A DNA stretch of 64,000 nucleotides from Cirrosporium novae-zelandiae (Eukaryota). Of this stretch, positions 48,407 to 59,908 are shown piece after piece. The stretch is taken from the NCBI GenBank assembly GCA_026023565.1, contig JAPETS010000040.1, forward strand, positions 124,001-188,000, written 5' to 3'. Position numbers and translations under genes: made by a program. Each line of letters begins with the position of its first letter. Positions within the stretch are counted from its first letter, which is position 1. The notes beneath the pieces were generated by a model. It made no database searches and was not told the origin of the DNA. It worked only from the letters and a program-made list of their open reading frames with translations.

Positions 48407-50998
48407 TCACCAGGCATTATAAAGGAGTCCTTCATGTCTCTGGTTAATGGCAGTGGTGGCGGGAGTGGCGGAGATGGAGATGGGGTTGGAGTATGTACCC
48501 TGTCGATATCTTGGTATTTGATCTTCTTCTTCGTCCGAGTCATCATCATCATCATCTTCGTCCGAGTCATCTTCTTCCTCCACCACTTCCTCTTCTTCGT
48601 CTGAGTCTAAGTCTTCTTCGTCCGAGTCTGTGTCTTCGCCTGTGGTTGTGAGGTCGTGGAATTGTTGTTGACTTAACCAGTAGGCTTCTGATGAGTCGTA
48701 AGGTTCGGCTTCTGATGATGATGGTGATTGCGATGATTGGAGCTGGGAGTCCATATCGTCACCATATCGCAAATAACTTCCGAAATAGTTTTCCGCTATA
48801 AGCTCATTGAGAACCTCCCCTCCCTCGGAGTAAGAACAACCTGGATAGATAGCGGTTACTATACAGTTTTCTTCTTGGGCTGCTTTTTTATTGGAATCTG
48901 GGAGATGTGACATACCAAGTTCTGTTTTAAGCTCTGTGAGGCCAGGTGAATTTTTTTGGTCACAAAAATAGTCCTTGGTACGTATAATGTGAAACGCTTT
49001 CTTGTACAGATTTTTGTTGGAACTATGTTTTTCCAGGATCTTTCTTTCAATTGGGGAATAATTGTCGTCCGATGGTGGGTCTAATATAAACTCTGATGCC
49101 ACTTCTAGTTCCGGTCCTGGTTCTGGTTCCGGTTCTGGCTCTGAGTCTGAATCCGAGTCTGAATCCGATCCTGCCAAATCGATTACCGAGACAGTCGATA
49201 TATTCACCTCATTTTTCCTGTCCAGGTATGTTGGATGCTCTAGAAGCTCCCTCCGCTTCTCCCGTCGAATGAATTTATGCACCAGCTCCCGGGTTTCCCA
49301 ATTGGTTGTTTCCAACGTCTCATTCTTTGCAGTCTCGACGGCTGTTTGTCTCAATTTTTTCCAGATATCTTCTTTAGATATGTCCTTTTCCATATTGTTC
49401 TTGGACAGGCATCGGGTCACATAAATTCGGAAACTAGGCGGAAAATCCATGACACTCTGGGCATTTTCTAGCCTGTCAATCTCAGCGTCTGAATAACGAG
49501 AAGACGCTCGGACTGGTCCTTTGGTGGTGTGAGGTGGATCTGAAGCACGGTGCGTCTGAGAAGCTAATTCCTTTCCTCTACTAGCAGATTCTTTTCGGGT
49601 ACAGTGTATCTTTTGCGCTTTTTTATTGATGAGGGTGTCTGGTTTATCTTGTCCTTCTGAAGACTCCGTCCCTCGTTCCTTTCGTTTTCTGTTCAAGTAT
49701 GAAGTTGAGATTCGTTGTTCCAGCCCAGGATACTCTTCCTTCAGGATACGAATGCAAGGTGACTCATGTTGATCCCAATCAATTGTCCACACTGTGCCTC
49801 TCTCGACCGCACCGTTGACGATTTCTTTCAGTTTCATTTCTTGAGCTTCTTGGCTAATATTGGCCAACGAATTACGAAAAAGTGGCTTCCTGATAAATCT
49901 TCGTAGGGATTCAGGCCATTTATTCCAGTTAGGAGAAGCAAATAATTCAATGAGACTATCGGATGGAGGATTCAGTTTCGGCTCCAGCTCTGGTTTTGGT
50001 TCTGGTGTTAGATCTGGCACTATAAGGGTACGAGTATTTTGGCTAGTAAGTTTTTGATGGACGGGAAGTTTTCCTCTACTCTCACGTGCCAAGGAAGCGC
50101 GCGATTCCCTTTCTTCCTTTTCTTCCTCTTCTTCTTCTTTCTTCTCCTCTTCCACTTCCTCCTTCTCTTCCTCCGCTATTTCTTCTTCATCCAAAAGCAA
50201 GTCAGTAATGGTATATCTTGAAGAGTCGCACATAATATATATAGCTTTTACTAGGTCTCTGAGCTTTGCATATGATACGGTGTTGATGGCGATTAGGAGG
50301 TCAGGTGGGATGCTTATAAATTTGTTCGGAGCCTGTTGCATGAGGCCGATATCGAATCGTCTAAATTGGTCCTCCCCTCTTTTCACCATTTTGGTGACTT
50401 CAGGCGTTAAGCTATTCGACCCTAAAGATTGGGGGGTTGAATTAAGCTCGGGAAGTTGACGCGAATCCCTGTCATTTACGGGATATCCATCACTAATGTG
50501 GTACGCGTTCTCACCACCAGAACCACGAGTTGGACCTCTACTCTTTGGAGCTTTATGTCTTTCCTTCCTTCGACTAGAAGCTTCACCAACTAAGTCATGG
50601 CTGGATTTTCCAAGCTGCCTTTGAATTTTCGCATCCAAGTGGTGCCATCGCATCGAAGTTGACTGAGCGTTGGACCCGTAGAACTTCCCAAGTTCTCCCC
50701 ATTTAATTTGACGCAGGTCAAATGATATCTTGATGAGACGCCAGAAGAACAAAGTAGAATCAACCACGTCCTCATCCTTGGTAATTAGTTTATCTCCATG
50801 TGGGCCTGATGCTTCTTGGAGCTTTTGATCTAGACGGTACCATCGCGAGCGAGCTGCTGGCTTAGTGATCTTGTAGAAATCTGCAAGTGCCTGCCAATTG
50901 GCTTTGTTGTGATCAAAAGATACCTTTATCAGATGCCATAAGAACAGTGCGGACTCGGTGATAATAGTCCCCGGGTAGAGGATCTGTTTATTGGACAT
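48407..50998 (-). CDS. Uncharacterised 863-aa protein: two Myb-like repeats, two Thp3/LENG8-like helical modules and acidic tracts
   Basis: Long uninterrupted ORF with two internal repeat pairs. Pair 1: FLWHLIKVSFD..NWQALADFY..ARSRWYRLDQKLQ and FFWRLIKISFD..KWGELGKFY..TSMRWHHLDAKIQ. Pair 2: WPESLRRFI..KLKEIV..GTVWTIDWD and FPPSFRIYV..KLRQTA..ETLETTNWE. Confidence 0.8.
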   Translation of the reverse strand: MSNKQILYPGTIITESALFLWHLIKVSFDHNKANWQALADFYKITKPAARSRWYRLDQKLQEASGPHGDKLITKDEDVVDSTLFFWRLIKISFDLRQIKWGELGKFYGSNAQSTSMRWHHLDAKIQRQLGKSSHDLVGEASSRRKERHKAPKSRGPTRGSGGENAYHISDGYPVNDRDSRQLPELNSTPQSLGSNSLTPEVTKMVKRGEDQFRRFDIGLMQQAPNKFISIPPDLLIAINTVSYAKLRDLVKAIYIMCDSSRYTITDLLLDEEEIAEEEKEEVEEEKKEEEEEEKEERESRASLARESRGKLPVHQKLTSQNTRTLIVPDLTPEPKPELEPKLNPPSDSLIELFASPNWNKWPESLRRFIRKPLFRNSLANISQEAQEMKLKEIVNGAVERGTVWTIDWDQHESPCIRILKEEYPGLEQRISTSYLNRKRKERGTESSEGQDKPDTLINKKAQKIHCTRKESASRGKELASQTHRASDPPHTTKGPVRASSRYSDAEIDRLENAQSVMDFPPSFRIYVTRCLSKNNMEKDISKEDIWKKLRQTAVETAKNETLETTNWETRELVHKFIRREKRRELLEHPTYLDRKNEVNISTVSVIDLAGSDSDSDSDSEPEPEPEPGPELEVASEFILDPPSDDNYSPIERKILEKHSSNKNLYKKAFHIIRTKDYFCDQKNSPGLTELKTELGMSHLPDSNKKAAQEENCIVTAIYPGCSYSEGGEVLNELIAENYFGSYLRYGDDMDSQLQSSQSPSSSEAEPYDSSEAYWLSQQQFHDLTTTGEDTDSDEEDLDSDEEEEVVEEEDDSDEDDDDDDSDEEEDQIPRYRQGTYSNPISISATPATTAINQRHEGLLYNAW

Positions 50999-51058
50999 TT
51001 TGCTGTAAGAGCGTTTAAGATTGTTGGTTAATGATTTCGTGATATAAACCTAGCACGG

Positions 51059-51068
51059 ATCACGTGAC
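51059..51068. promoter_or_regulatory. E-box ATCACGTGAC (Cbf1-type bHLH site)
   Basis: RTCACGTG consensus on both strands, about 60 nt upstream of the start codon of the 48407-50998 gene. Confidence 0.45.
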
Positions 51069-51297
51069 GAGATATCGTCATATCAGGGGACAAATGCTAT
51101 CATTGCAGATATCCCAAGGAAGTATAAATTATCAAGTATTTATGCTTCATATCCAAGGTACTATAAAATATTCTACGTGCATAGACTATATCTTGCTACA
51201 AGCTAATTATACCTTTGACGCTTAACCAGCTTCCATCTTTCAATATTATTTAAAGCCTAATTAATGCTCAACCCCCTGATAGATCGCCAATCTCTAA

Positions 51298-53220
51298 TCA
51301 ATAAATATACCGGAAGCTACCAAGAACCAAATTAGTATATCTCTTCCAGCAACGTTAAACAATAGTCACGTACTTGAGGTTTTCCCGATCAGTCATGTCC
51401 GAAAAAGCGGTAGCATCCAAGTCTCTTCCGTCTAATCCACCCTCATTTTCTGACTGTATCTTATCGCGCCTTCGATTCTCCCGTGCAAGCAGGAACCATA
51501 ATGTAAGTATCACACAGACCTCGAGAAGATGAGAGACAATCATTGACCAGATACCAAGCTGGTAAGATGGTCTGTTGTGGTCATTAGTAATCAGTAAATT
51601 ATCTTAAAGGAGTAGGAAAAGCTCACGCCTGATCGGTCTTGTAGAAGAAGGGTCCTGCAATGTTACCTATACAATATCCCAAGAAAAGGCAAGCGTTTGC
51701 TATAACTTTCTTGGTATGGCCGGCCGTGTTTGCTGTTTGCAAACTGAGGATCATTACAAACCCGGCATTGTACGAGCCAGTGAGGTAGTAGCAGATAAGT
51801 CGTCCGACTTTCTGATGGACAGGTAAAAAACGAAGACCAAATGCTCCGGCGATGTTGGGGCAGAGGAAGATGAGGATAAAAAGGCAGCGTTTGTTGGTAA
51901 AACGATCATTTAGGAAGATGCAAACCAGGATACTGAGGGATATGAAAGCTCCATACGGAACCTGCATGAGGGTGGTGACGAGAGTGGAAAATCCAAAACC
52001 TTTGATGATTATGGTTCCGAAATTGCTGATCCCCCCGTTTGGGACGTTGGCGACGACACCAATGATGAAAAAAATATAGAGTTTGTAGTCAAGGAATGCT
52101 TCTTTGACCTGATATGGTTTGAAGCGCTTGTTCTCTACTCCAGTCTGGTTCCCTTTAAGGCGTTCGACTGCCATACGACGTTGTGTCTGAGTAAGAAGTT
52201 TCGCCTAGTAGATTGTCAGCTATGGGCTGCTGTCTTGAAGAGGGTTCGAGGCTAACAGTGACGGGCGAATCTGGAAGGAATACGTATAGAATGATGCCCC
52301 AACCACAGCATAAGGCACCACTTTATAGGATCTTTGTTAGTTTGGGTTTTTCTTTCAGGGTTTTTTCTACATACATAATTATAAACTCATATTTCCATGA
52401 TGGTAAAGATCCCTTGATATGTCCAATACCATATCCAAGAAGACCCCCACCTGCGATGCCTAGACCATTGGCAGTGTACCATATCCCTATCCGAATAGGC
52501 TGCTGCCGTCGAGTGTACCACATGCTTGTGATGAGTATAAAGGATGGATCACTGCAAGCCTCTGCAGCTCCAGCAAGAAAACGGAGGACAGCAAGACCAG
52601 CGAAATTGCTAACCGTACCTTGAAGCATTAAAAATATACCCCTAAGAATTACATTTATCAGATCTAGGTATCATTCGTCTCAACGGAGATAAAGATTTCC
52701 TACCACATAAAGATATTGATGCCGAGGTATTTCGCTAAGAGTAACAATTAGCCATGTTTCTATCACCTCAAGCAGTTGTCGTACCTATCGGGAATCTTTG
52801 CATCATTAGGTTTGTCGGAAATGCCCATGCCAAAAAACCGAAATAGAAGAGGCTACTGAGCCAATTGTATTGTGTTCCATGCAGGTTCAAATCATCTCTA
52901 ATTCCAAAGATAGCAGCATACGAGAGAGTGGTCTTGTCGATATAGAAAAATGCATAGCAAACGGCAATATATGGCAGAATCATAAAATCGATTTTGCGTT
53001 CGAGTCTCCTGAGTTCTTTTGGATCAATAGCTTCTTCGAGCTCGTCAGGGTTGTCAAAGAGAGCCATGGCAGTGTCGCCATCTCCAGCGCGGGACATCTG
53101 CCATTTCCCATGTCGAGCTCGTGGTACCTCTTCAGCATGCGAATAGGTAGGTTCCAAGGAAACATCGTCCATAGCTGGAGTACCTTTCTCCGGATCGGCA
53201 TTAAGTTTAATGTCGGCCAT
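51298..53220 (-). CDS. MFS transporter, allantoate permease (Dal5 / anion:cation symporter) family
   Basis: LERKIDFMILP..FFYIDKTTLSYAAIFG, YNWLSSLFYFG, LRFLAGAAEA..SMWYTRRQQPIRIG, LPDSP, NTAGHTKK and terminal DMTDRENLNFRYIY*. Multi-exon, with several short GT-AG introns. Confidence 0.94.
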
Positions 53221-53259
53221 ATTGACGAAGCAGTAGAACTGGACTTTCAAGACAGAGGA

Positions 53260-53825
53260 AATTGATAAGGTGAAGAAACAGCCCTTTCAGTTATGGAAAT
53301 GTATCCAGGTATCAACTCGACCCTTGTCATTAGTAGCTTTGTATTCGGGATGGTGAAGGGACAAAAAAATTCTAGAGAAAGGAGGAAGACAAAAGGATAT
53401 TTAAATAGACTATGCACAGGTCTTCTAGAAGACGAATACCCATAGAATTAACAAGTACTTTTGCACTTTAATAAAAATTGGACCATTGCAAGAGATGACA
53501 GAGGATCGACGGGGGATCTCGAAGTGACAACCGGGCCATTGTCAATGCGAAATGCGAGAAGAAGAATACTGTGTATTCCAATTTGAAGGAGCAATGGAAA
53601 GAGAATTGATAAAAAGTCTTCCCCGCATATGCAGGAAATAGTGTGGGGGTTTTGTGGGGAGGAAAGGAAGTAAAGGTAGTAAAGAACCATGTCAATCCAA
53701 CTCCATGCCTTGTAAGTTGTGGCAAGGGAGGAAAGAAGTGCGGAATTTTGCCCGTCAACAAATCCGATACTGTTATCAGTTTTTCTGTTGGATAAGATGA
53801 AAGCATTTTTCAGCCATGTGGGGTC
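53260..53825 (-). promoter_or_regulatory. Cluster of HGATAR (AreA/GATA) and SYGGRG (CreA) motifs upstream of the Dal5-family permease
   Basis: GATAAG at 53264 and 53791, GATAAA at 53608, TTATCA at 53773; GTGGGG/CCCCGC at about 53621, 53643, 53654 and 53818. These are short motifs, but consistent with nitrogen/carbon regulation of this family. Confidence 0.35.
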
Positions 53826-54250
53826 AACATCCCTTTTACGTTCTGAACCCCCAAGTACTGGATTTTACATAGGGGTGTCATCGGTGGATCCCTAGTACAT
53901 TATACACAGTAATAGAGATTAAAAATGCTGATGACTCGAGACCAGATGGTCGTCCGAGGATCCTTGAGTATCATTTCTTATTGCTGAGAATTCTGCCAAA
54001 CACCCTCTACAGCACAATTGTCCCTAACCACCACTAGGAACACTTAATAACTCCATGCCTAGCCGAACTAGTTGGTATCCCAAAGTCAGAAACTTTCAAT
54101 CAAACGCCGTCTGGATATCTTTTCATAACAGTCTCCCTAATCTTTCACCTCTTAACCCCTTTTATGACATTAACTTGTGCAGTCCCACCGTCGAGTATCC
54201 ATCTCACTTCTGGGAATCAAATTCAACAATTCCCAAAGGTGATAGAACAC

Positions 54251-55508
54251 TCATTTTCGTGCCCTTACTCTTCGCTCCATATGTGGGCCTTGCGTGCATC
54301 CCTCTGCCAGTCCATCTCCTCCGCAACAAGTCCACTTGTATTTCCTTGGGAATGCCTTCCGTAGTTTGATGGAACTGATGCTATCATGAATGTCTTCATC
54401 GGGATACTCTTCGTGGAACTGAGCAGAGGCAATGACGGCAGTAATTTCTCCGTCATGACCTTTGAAGCCATTGTAGTCTGGTTTCGCTTTGCCTATCGGA
54501 AAATAAAAGCGAACATTAGCTCTAAGTCCTTATCATAGGCAATCAAAACAACAGCTTTATACTTTGGAAAAGATGGCAAGCGTGCATACCTGGATGATAT
54601 AAACAATCCATAGTTTCATTGTTATTCATGTCAAAAGTGTCCTCACACCTCTGACAGATGGCATAATGAGATATAGGCGCGGACCCTTCAGCAACTCCTT
54701 CATCTTCGTCTAGCTTGCGCTTCAACGACTTTCTTTCCTCTCCATCGCTAGATTCTGCTGCTGATTCTCCCGGAGTAGATGCCTCCTGACCTTGAACGGA
54801 TGGTTCATTATGCATATTCTCCTCCTTCCGTTCTGCCATCAGTCTCTCGGCACATATCAAGGTCTGCGGAAGTGGATGCGCGTCCCAATTGGTATCCTGT
54901 AATGCATTTCTTTCCTCCGCATCCTTCAAAATATTCTTTAGTCTCTTCTCCACAGATACACATCCAATTCCAGGAATTTTGTGGACTTCGGAAAAGGATC
55001 TCGATACATAATCATATAGAGCGTTAGGCCATTTATCTCCATGTAGTGGCGCAATACTATTTATGTGAGAGATGATCGAGGCTTGGGATGAAGGTTCGAG
55101 CCGAACTTTTCCTCCCGAAGGAGGTTGTGATGCAACTTGGCTTTCATCTGAAGTAGATGGAGTGGTCCATGATTGCTCTTCGGTCCAGGTGAATGAGGAC
55201 TCAGCTACATCGATAACTCTTTCCTTCCCCTTGCCAGCAGGGGAAGGAGTGTCTTTCTGTCTTGAGGGAAGGGTTTCTGTCTGGTTTGAAGTGATCGGTA
55301 CATCCTGCAAGAGAAGGACAGAGATATCCTTAGCTGTAGCAAGCGAGCATCTAACAATGGCAGTTTTTAAGACGTGACGGAGACGAGCAGGTGACGCGGT
55401 ATCAATTCTCTTGAGCAGGCGATCAATGTTGAGAGAGTTTGATGGAATGGAGGATGAGGATGAAGATAAGGGGGAACCATGACCCGAGAAGCGATATCTG
55501 TTGGACAT
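54251..55508 (-). CDS. Uncharacterised protein with a Thp3/LENG8-like helical module and a C-terminal CHORD-like Cys/His zinc-binding domain
   Basis: Exon 1 is 55508-54590; intron 54493-54589 (GTATGC..GCTAAT..TAG). Exon 2 completes CQRC-x13-CLYHPG..FPRKYKWTCC-x8-C-x4-H, with stop at 54251-54253. Confidence 0.8.
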
Positions 55509-55882
55509 GGTGCAGTTTATTGCAGTTGTATGTTTTCTATCACGTCTTCCAGGTCGTCCAAGTCCAGGTCATCCAGATGGAGTATGGAGAGCTTGCAGTA
55601 ATTAGAGGTCACAGCATTAGTTACAGGAGCAGCAACAACAGTAGGGGAAGGAGGATCGACCGATGGAGCTCCATATCTAAAGGCTGCCGGGATGGGTTGA
55701 ATGCCACGCCACTGTATCAACTGGAGGACCCTTGGTGATACCGAATGAATCAAATCCCAAGCTCAGGAGATCAGGACGCGTACAACGGTTCCTTGTCGAG
55801 TGGTTTGGAAGGAAGCTAACAGTGCGGGATCCTGACCTTGGCATATCTTGGTGTATCTTGGTGCATCTTGGCACTAATTAAA

Positions 55883-55918
55883 TTGCTTAACTTGCTTAAC
55901 TTGCTTAACTTGCTTAAC
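55883..55918. repeat. 9-bp tandem repeat (TTGCTTAAC) x4
   Basis: Read directly; preceded by a short 10-bp ATCTTGGTG-type repeat. Confidence 0.9.
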
Positions 55919-57612
55919 GCTCTTCATTTCTCTTCATACAGACGAGGTTAGCTACATTACTACGCTAAACAAAACTATCAAAACTCTACCTTTGCCACTA
56001 TGCACGATGGTATAAAATATATATAATGATGTTCGCTTATGGATCACTTTTTATTTTTTTATTTTTTTATTTGAACCCGTCCAGCTTACCGCCAAAAAGC
56101 CCCGGTCTTACAGCCTTGGACCTCTTGCTTTGAGTATATTCTTCTATCATAATTGTCTTCTACAAAAGTGAGCTCTCAGACAAGTACTTGTTAAATTGTT
56201 ATCTGCTTCAAAAGGTCCACTAGCACGCCGAAAATCATAAATATAGATACCTAATTCAGGCTTGTAATCATCCGATCCGCCATAGTTTACTGCATTTAGA
56301 GTCCTTATTCACTATTTTTGCCTTCTTTTAGAACTTGACTTCCATTTGCATCCTCAAGGCCTATGCTCCTATGTAAAATGCGAGGCTTAGACTATGGCAC
56401 TACCCCTTTTCTGTTTAGGGCGCTTTTACCGATTCTAGTCGGTGCAGCCAAACGGCACTTTTACAACAGCCATTCCCCATCAAGGTAAGGGAAAGTATAA
56501 TTGATGACAGAAGTTTTGATATTTGATAGGTCCATCATGTTTCAAGTCTTCAATCCAAATCTTGTGGTTTTGGAAAACTATCGTGAACATGTGGACCTAC
56601 AATTGGACAAGAATTCGTAGAGAAAGGTAGCTTAGAACCTGTGTGTCTACCGTTGATTGTGGTCATGTATCATTGAGCAGATCTGTCGATTATCTGTAGG
56701 CTTGAGATGATAAAATTTCTCTAGGGTTTGATAAGATCGAAAAATTTATCGATAGGAATGAATCTAAAAGACCTGACACACCTGTGGAACGACGCTATAA
56801 GTACACAATGAGGATTATAAATATGTTCATTCGGTAGCAGAAGTGTCGCATTGGAGGATAAAACACTCGCTTATATACTTTGTGTGGAGGCTGCAGTGAA
56901 TATGAATATGGTGCGCCACATTTATCTTGCATTCCCCAGCGGGTCAGGCTGTGCAGCGTCTATCTCTTCGAACAGAATGCTAGAAGGATGTGAGAGGAGG
57001 ATCATCATCGCTGATGGTGGCGCAGTCATAACGGTCATGCTGGAAGGTCAGACGTCATCAATCAACCCTTCTTTGAATGGCAGTGAGTCCCGAGAATGTG
57101 ATTAGGCGAAAGACAATATGTTGACAGGTAACATTTACAGAATATCGGTGGTGATAACTAGAGGTCAAGCGGTTAGAAGACAAATGAGGTTCGAGAAAAG
57201 CCGTAGAAGATTTATTGCCGAATGATCGGCGTTTCAATGTTTCTATGTTTCAATGCGGGGACTTGGATTACAATGGTGCAACAACATACCCAGGGAATGA
57301 ATATATCAATCAATGGTGTTGGGCATGTAGAGAAGAAAAAGAATGCCACCGGCGTCAGTAGTCATTTATCTCGAGGGGTTTTTTTATTGCCAGGCAAAAT
57401 CCTCCGCTGTTCCACCAGCCAGTAAAACTTTTGTTTAGTATTTCCGAAGGGTTTGGGCAGGACTCTTAGATTGAAATATGTCATTAATTTGAAACCACCT
57501 GGCAAGTCATGAAATAATTATTATTCTTCAGTTTTTATCCAAGACAAGATCAACCCCGCAAAAGAGGCCCATGGGTCACGGCACACTTGGGCCATCCCGT
57601 GCTTGGTGTGTG

Positions 57613-57661
57613 TTTGTGGTTTGTGGTTTGTGGTTTGTGGTTTGTGGTTTGTGGTTTGTGG
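57613..57661. repeat. 7-bp tandem repeat (TTTGTGG) x7
   Basis: Read directly. Further short arrays lie at about 58101-58141 (GCAGAGGAG) and 58643-58674 (ATCCTAAGGT). Confidence 0.9.
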
Positions 57662-59908
57662 TTTGTGTGTTGTTCAGCGGTTAAGAAATTGATGATGATT
57701 GATTACAGCAACAATACTTCTCGTCATGCTTTATTACTTTATTACGTGCCTTGTCTTGCTCTCTTGTCTTCTTGCCCCTCCCCCGATGGCTTTGTGCACA
57801 ATATTGTGTACGAGTCTATATAATTGGTTCAAATTCTCAAGATGAAGATAATTTTCTTCTTGGCAGGCACCCCGTGTACAAGAAGGCTTGAAAGGCTGAA
57901 AGATGGTGATACCAAAGCATTTTTTTCTTTGTTTCCTACGAGGCATTTTCCATTTCCTAGACAGAGCTGACGAGAGAAAGTTGGAAGTAGCCTCCTTGAA
58001 CCAGCAGCAAGCCCCCTCTTTTGCCGAGGATTCGATTCTACTTATTGGATGATGAATGGACCTGGGACGAAGAATACTTGGATGAGTAAGAGACGGAAAT
58101 GCAGAGAGGCAGAGGAGGCAGAGGAGGCAGAGGAGGCAGAGAATCAGGAAAGGCAAAATAATAGAAGAGTAGAACGTAGAAAGTGGAAAGTGGAAAGAGT
58201 GGAAGAGTAAGCGGTAGGACAAACTCTGCATCATCAGCATCATCAGCATCATCATGATTGTTATTGATTTATTACTATCATCCCATGTTATAGTGTTGGC
58301 ACCCTAATCACCCTATATTTGGAGATGAGAGGAACTGAATATCCACTGTAATGTAATTACACCCTCTTCCACATCATTACCTTATGAAAACATGATTTAA
58401 AAAATATATAAATATACATTGGATACATAGATATATATCAAAAAAGGGGGGGAAATACAATAATTAGTACTAGGTTGATGGTAATGTGTTGGTAATTATT
58501 TGTATATTGTTTCTTGTACTTTATCTTCATTGTTAATCATCTAACCAAAGAAAGTAATTCAAAGGAAACAATGAGGGACTTGGTACTATACATAAGTTAC
58601 AATCTTAAATGACTTGCCCACTTTAATACCCAAAGTAGTCTACCTAAGGTATCCTAAGGTATCCTAAGGTATCCAGTAAAGAGATACTTGCTACTTACCA
58701 CTTACCATTTACCCTTAGACTACTAACTTACCCTTACCATTTACCACCACTTACCTTACCTTACCTTACCTTACCATACTCCCCCCCCCCCCAGTATTCC
58801 CCCTCTTCTACTCTTCCTCCCTCTCATCCCTCCCTCCAAAATTGAACCCCCCCCCCAAATCCGCCTCGGCTTTTCGGCCCCTGCATTGGTTCTGCTTGGT
58901 TCTATTTCGCCTTGTCCTGAACCAGTCGTAGTACCAATCGAACACTACAATACGGAGTAGAGAAAACAGACAGAGTCCTACTACTCATACTCACTTAACC
59001 ACTAAACTACTCTACTCTATTCTACTCGTACCCTCCCCCAAACCTTCCAAAACCTCCCCCCCAAACCAACCATCTTAACTTCTTGAACTTGAACCCGTTC
59101 CAAAACGCAATTCACACCACAGCTCATATTTACATTCTCCAACCTCCCTACATTTCTGTTCACTAAATTCTTGTACAACTTCCTTTTTCAACTAACACAT
59201 CACCTGGCTTTTGTTCTCATCGTAGACGATCCCTCGCTTTACCGCGACCCCTCCCCCGACCAACACTACCCCAAAGAAAGGGAGACAGACCACCACTATT
59301 TCGACTGCCATTCAAATACATTGATACAACCACATTCGATTCAACCTTCACCGTAATCCCCCAACAATACCTACAATATACTTCACGCTCCTTCCCTCGC
59401 TGATAACCTTTCAACGCCGCGCCCTTTGTTGCTTGTTCGATTCCGACGGGTCTCGGACATCTGGTGGGCATCCCATTCCGACTACAACTCCCTTTCTTTG
59501 GCCAGCAAGAGAAGTCGTCCGATTACAGATCAGACAAGGACCTTCGTTTTTGCCATCGGCAACGAGCTAGGATACCCATAAATACACCGAGAGACGTATT
59601 CGATAAAAAGTTGGAAATAGCATAGCTTGCACGTCTGCTCTTCCTGGTTGCTTAGAAGCCATCTACATCTCCGTACTATATAATTTCTACGGTTGACATC
59701 GACCGTGGCGCATCACAAGGAAAAGTTGTCTCAACCCGCCCCCTCTTTTACTAAAACAGTTTCCCCTTCTTCGGCACGTCGTGCAACGTCGAAACGCAGT
59801 GGTGGCCAACTTTCACGGTCACCGCCACTGGCTGGAAATATCCATGGGACTAATAGCTCCAAATCAGGAAATGGTGACCCGGCACCGATAGCAATCCATT
59901 TGAGAACA

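Noticed and set aside
53221..54250. TPP riboswitch upstream of the transporter
   Set aside because: The conserved CTGAGA plus ATACC/GATAATxCCAGCG aptamer core was not found on the coding strand.
55517..55874. Short ORFs immediately upstream of the CHORD-like gene
   Set aside because: The main one lacks an AUG start, no consistent splice model links it to an AUG, and there is no recognisable similarity.
56000..58260. Possible small gene or transposon remnant in the gene-free stretch
   Set aside because: Only short or low-complexity ORFs are present; I saw no transposase/RT motifs, terminal repeats or coherent exon chain.
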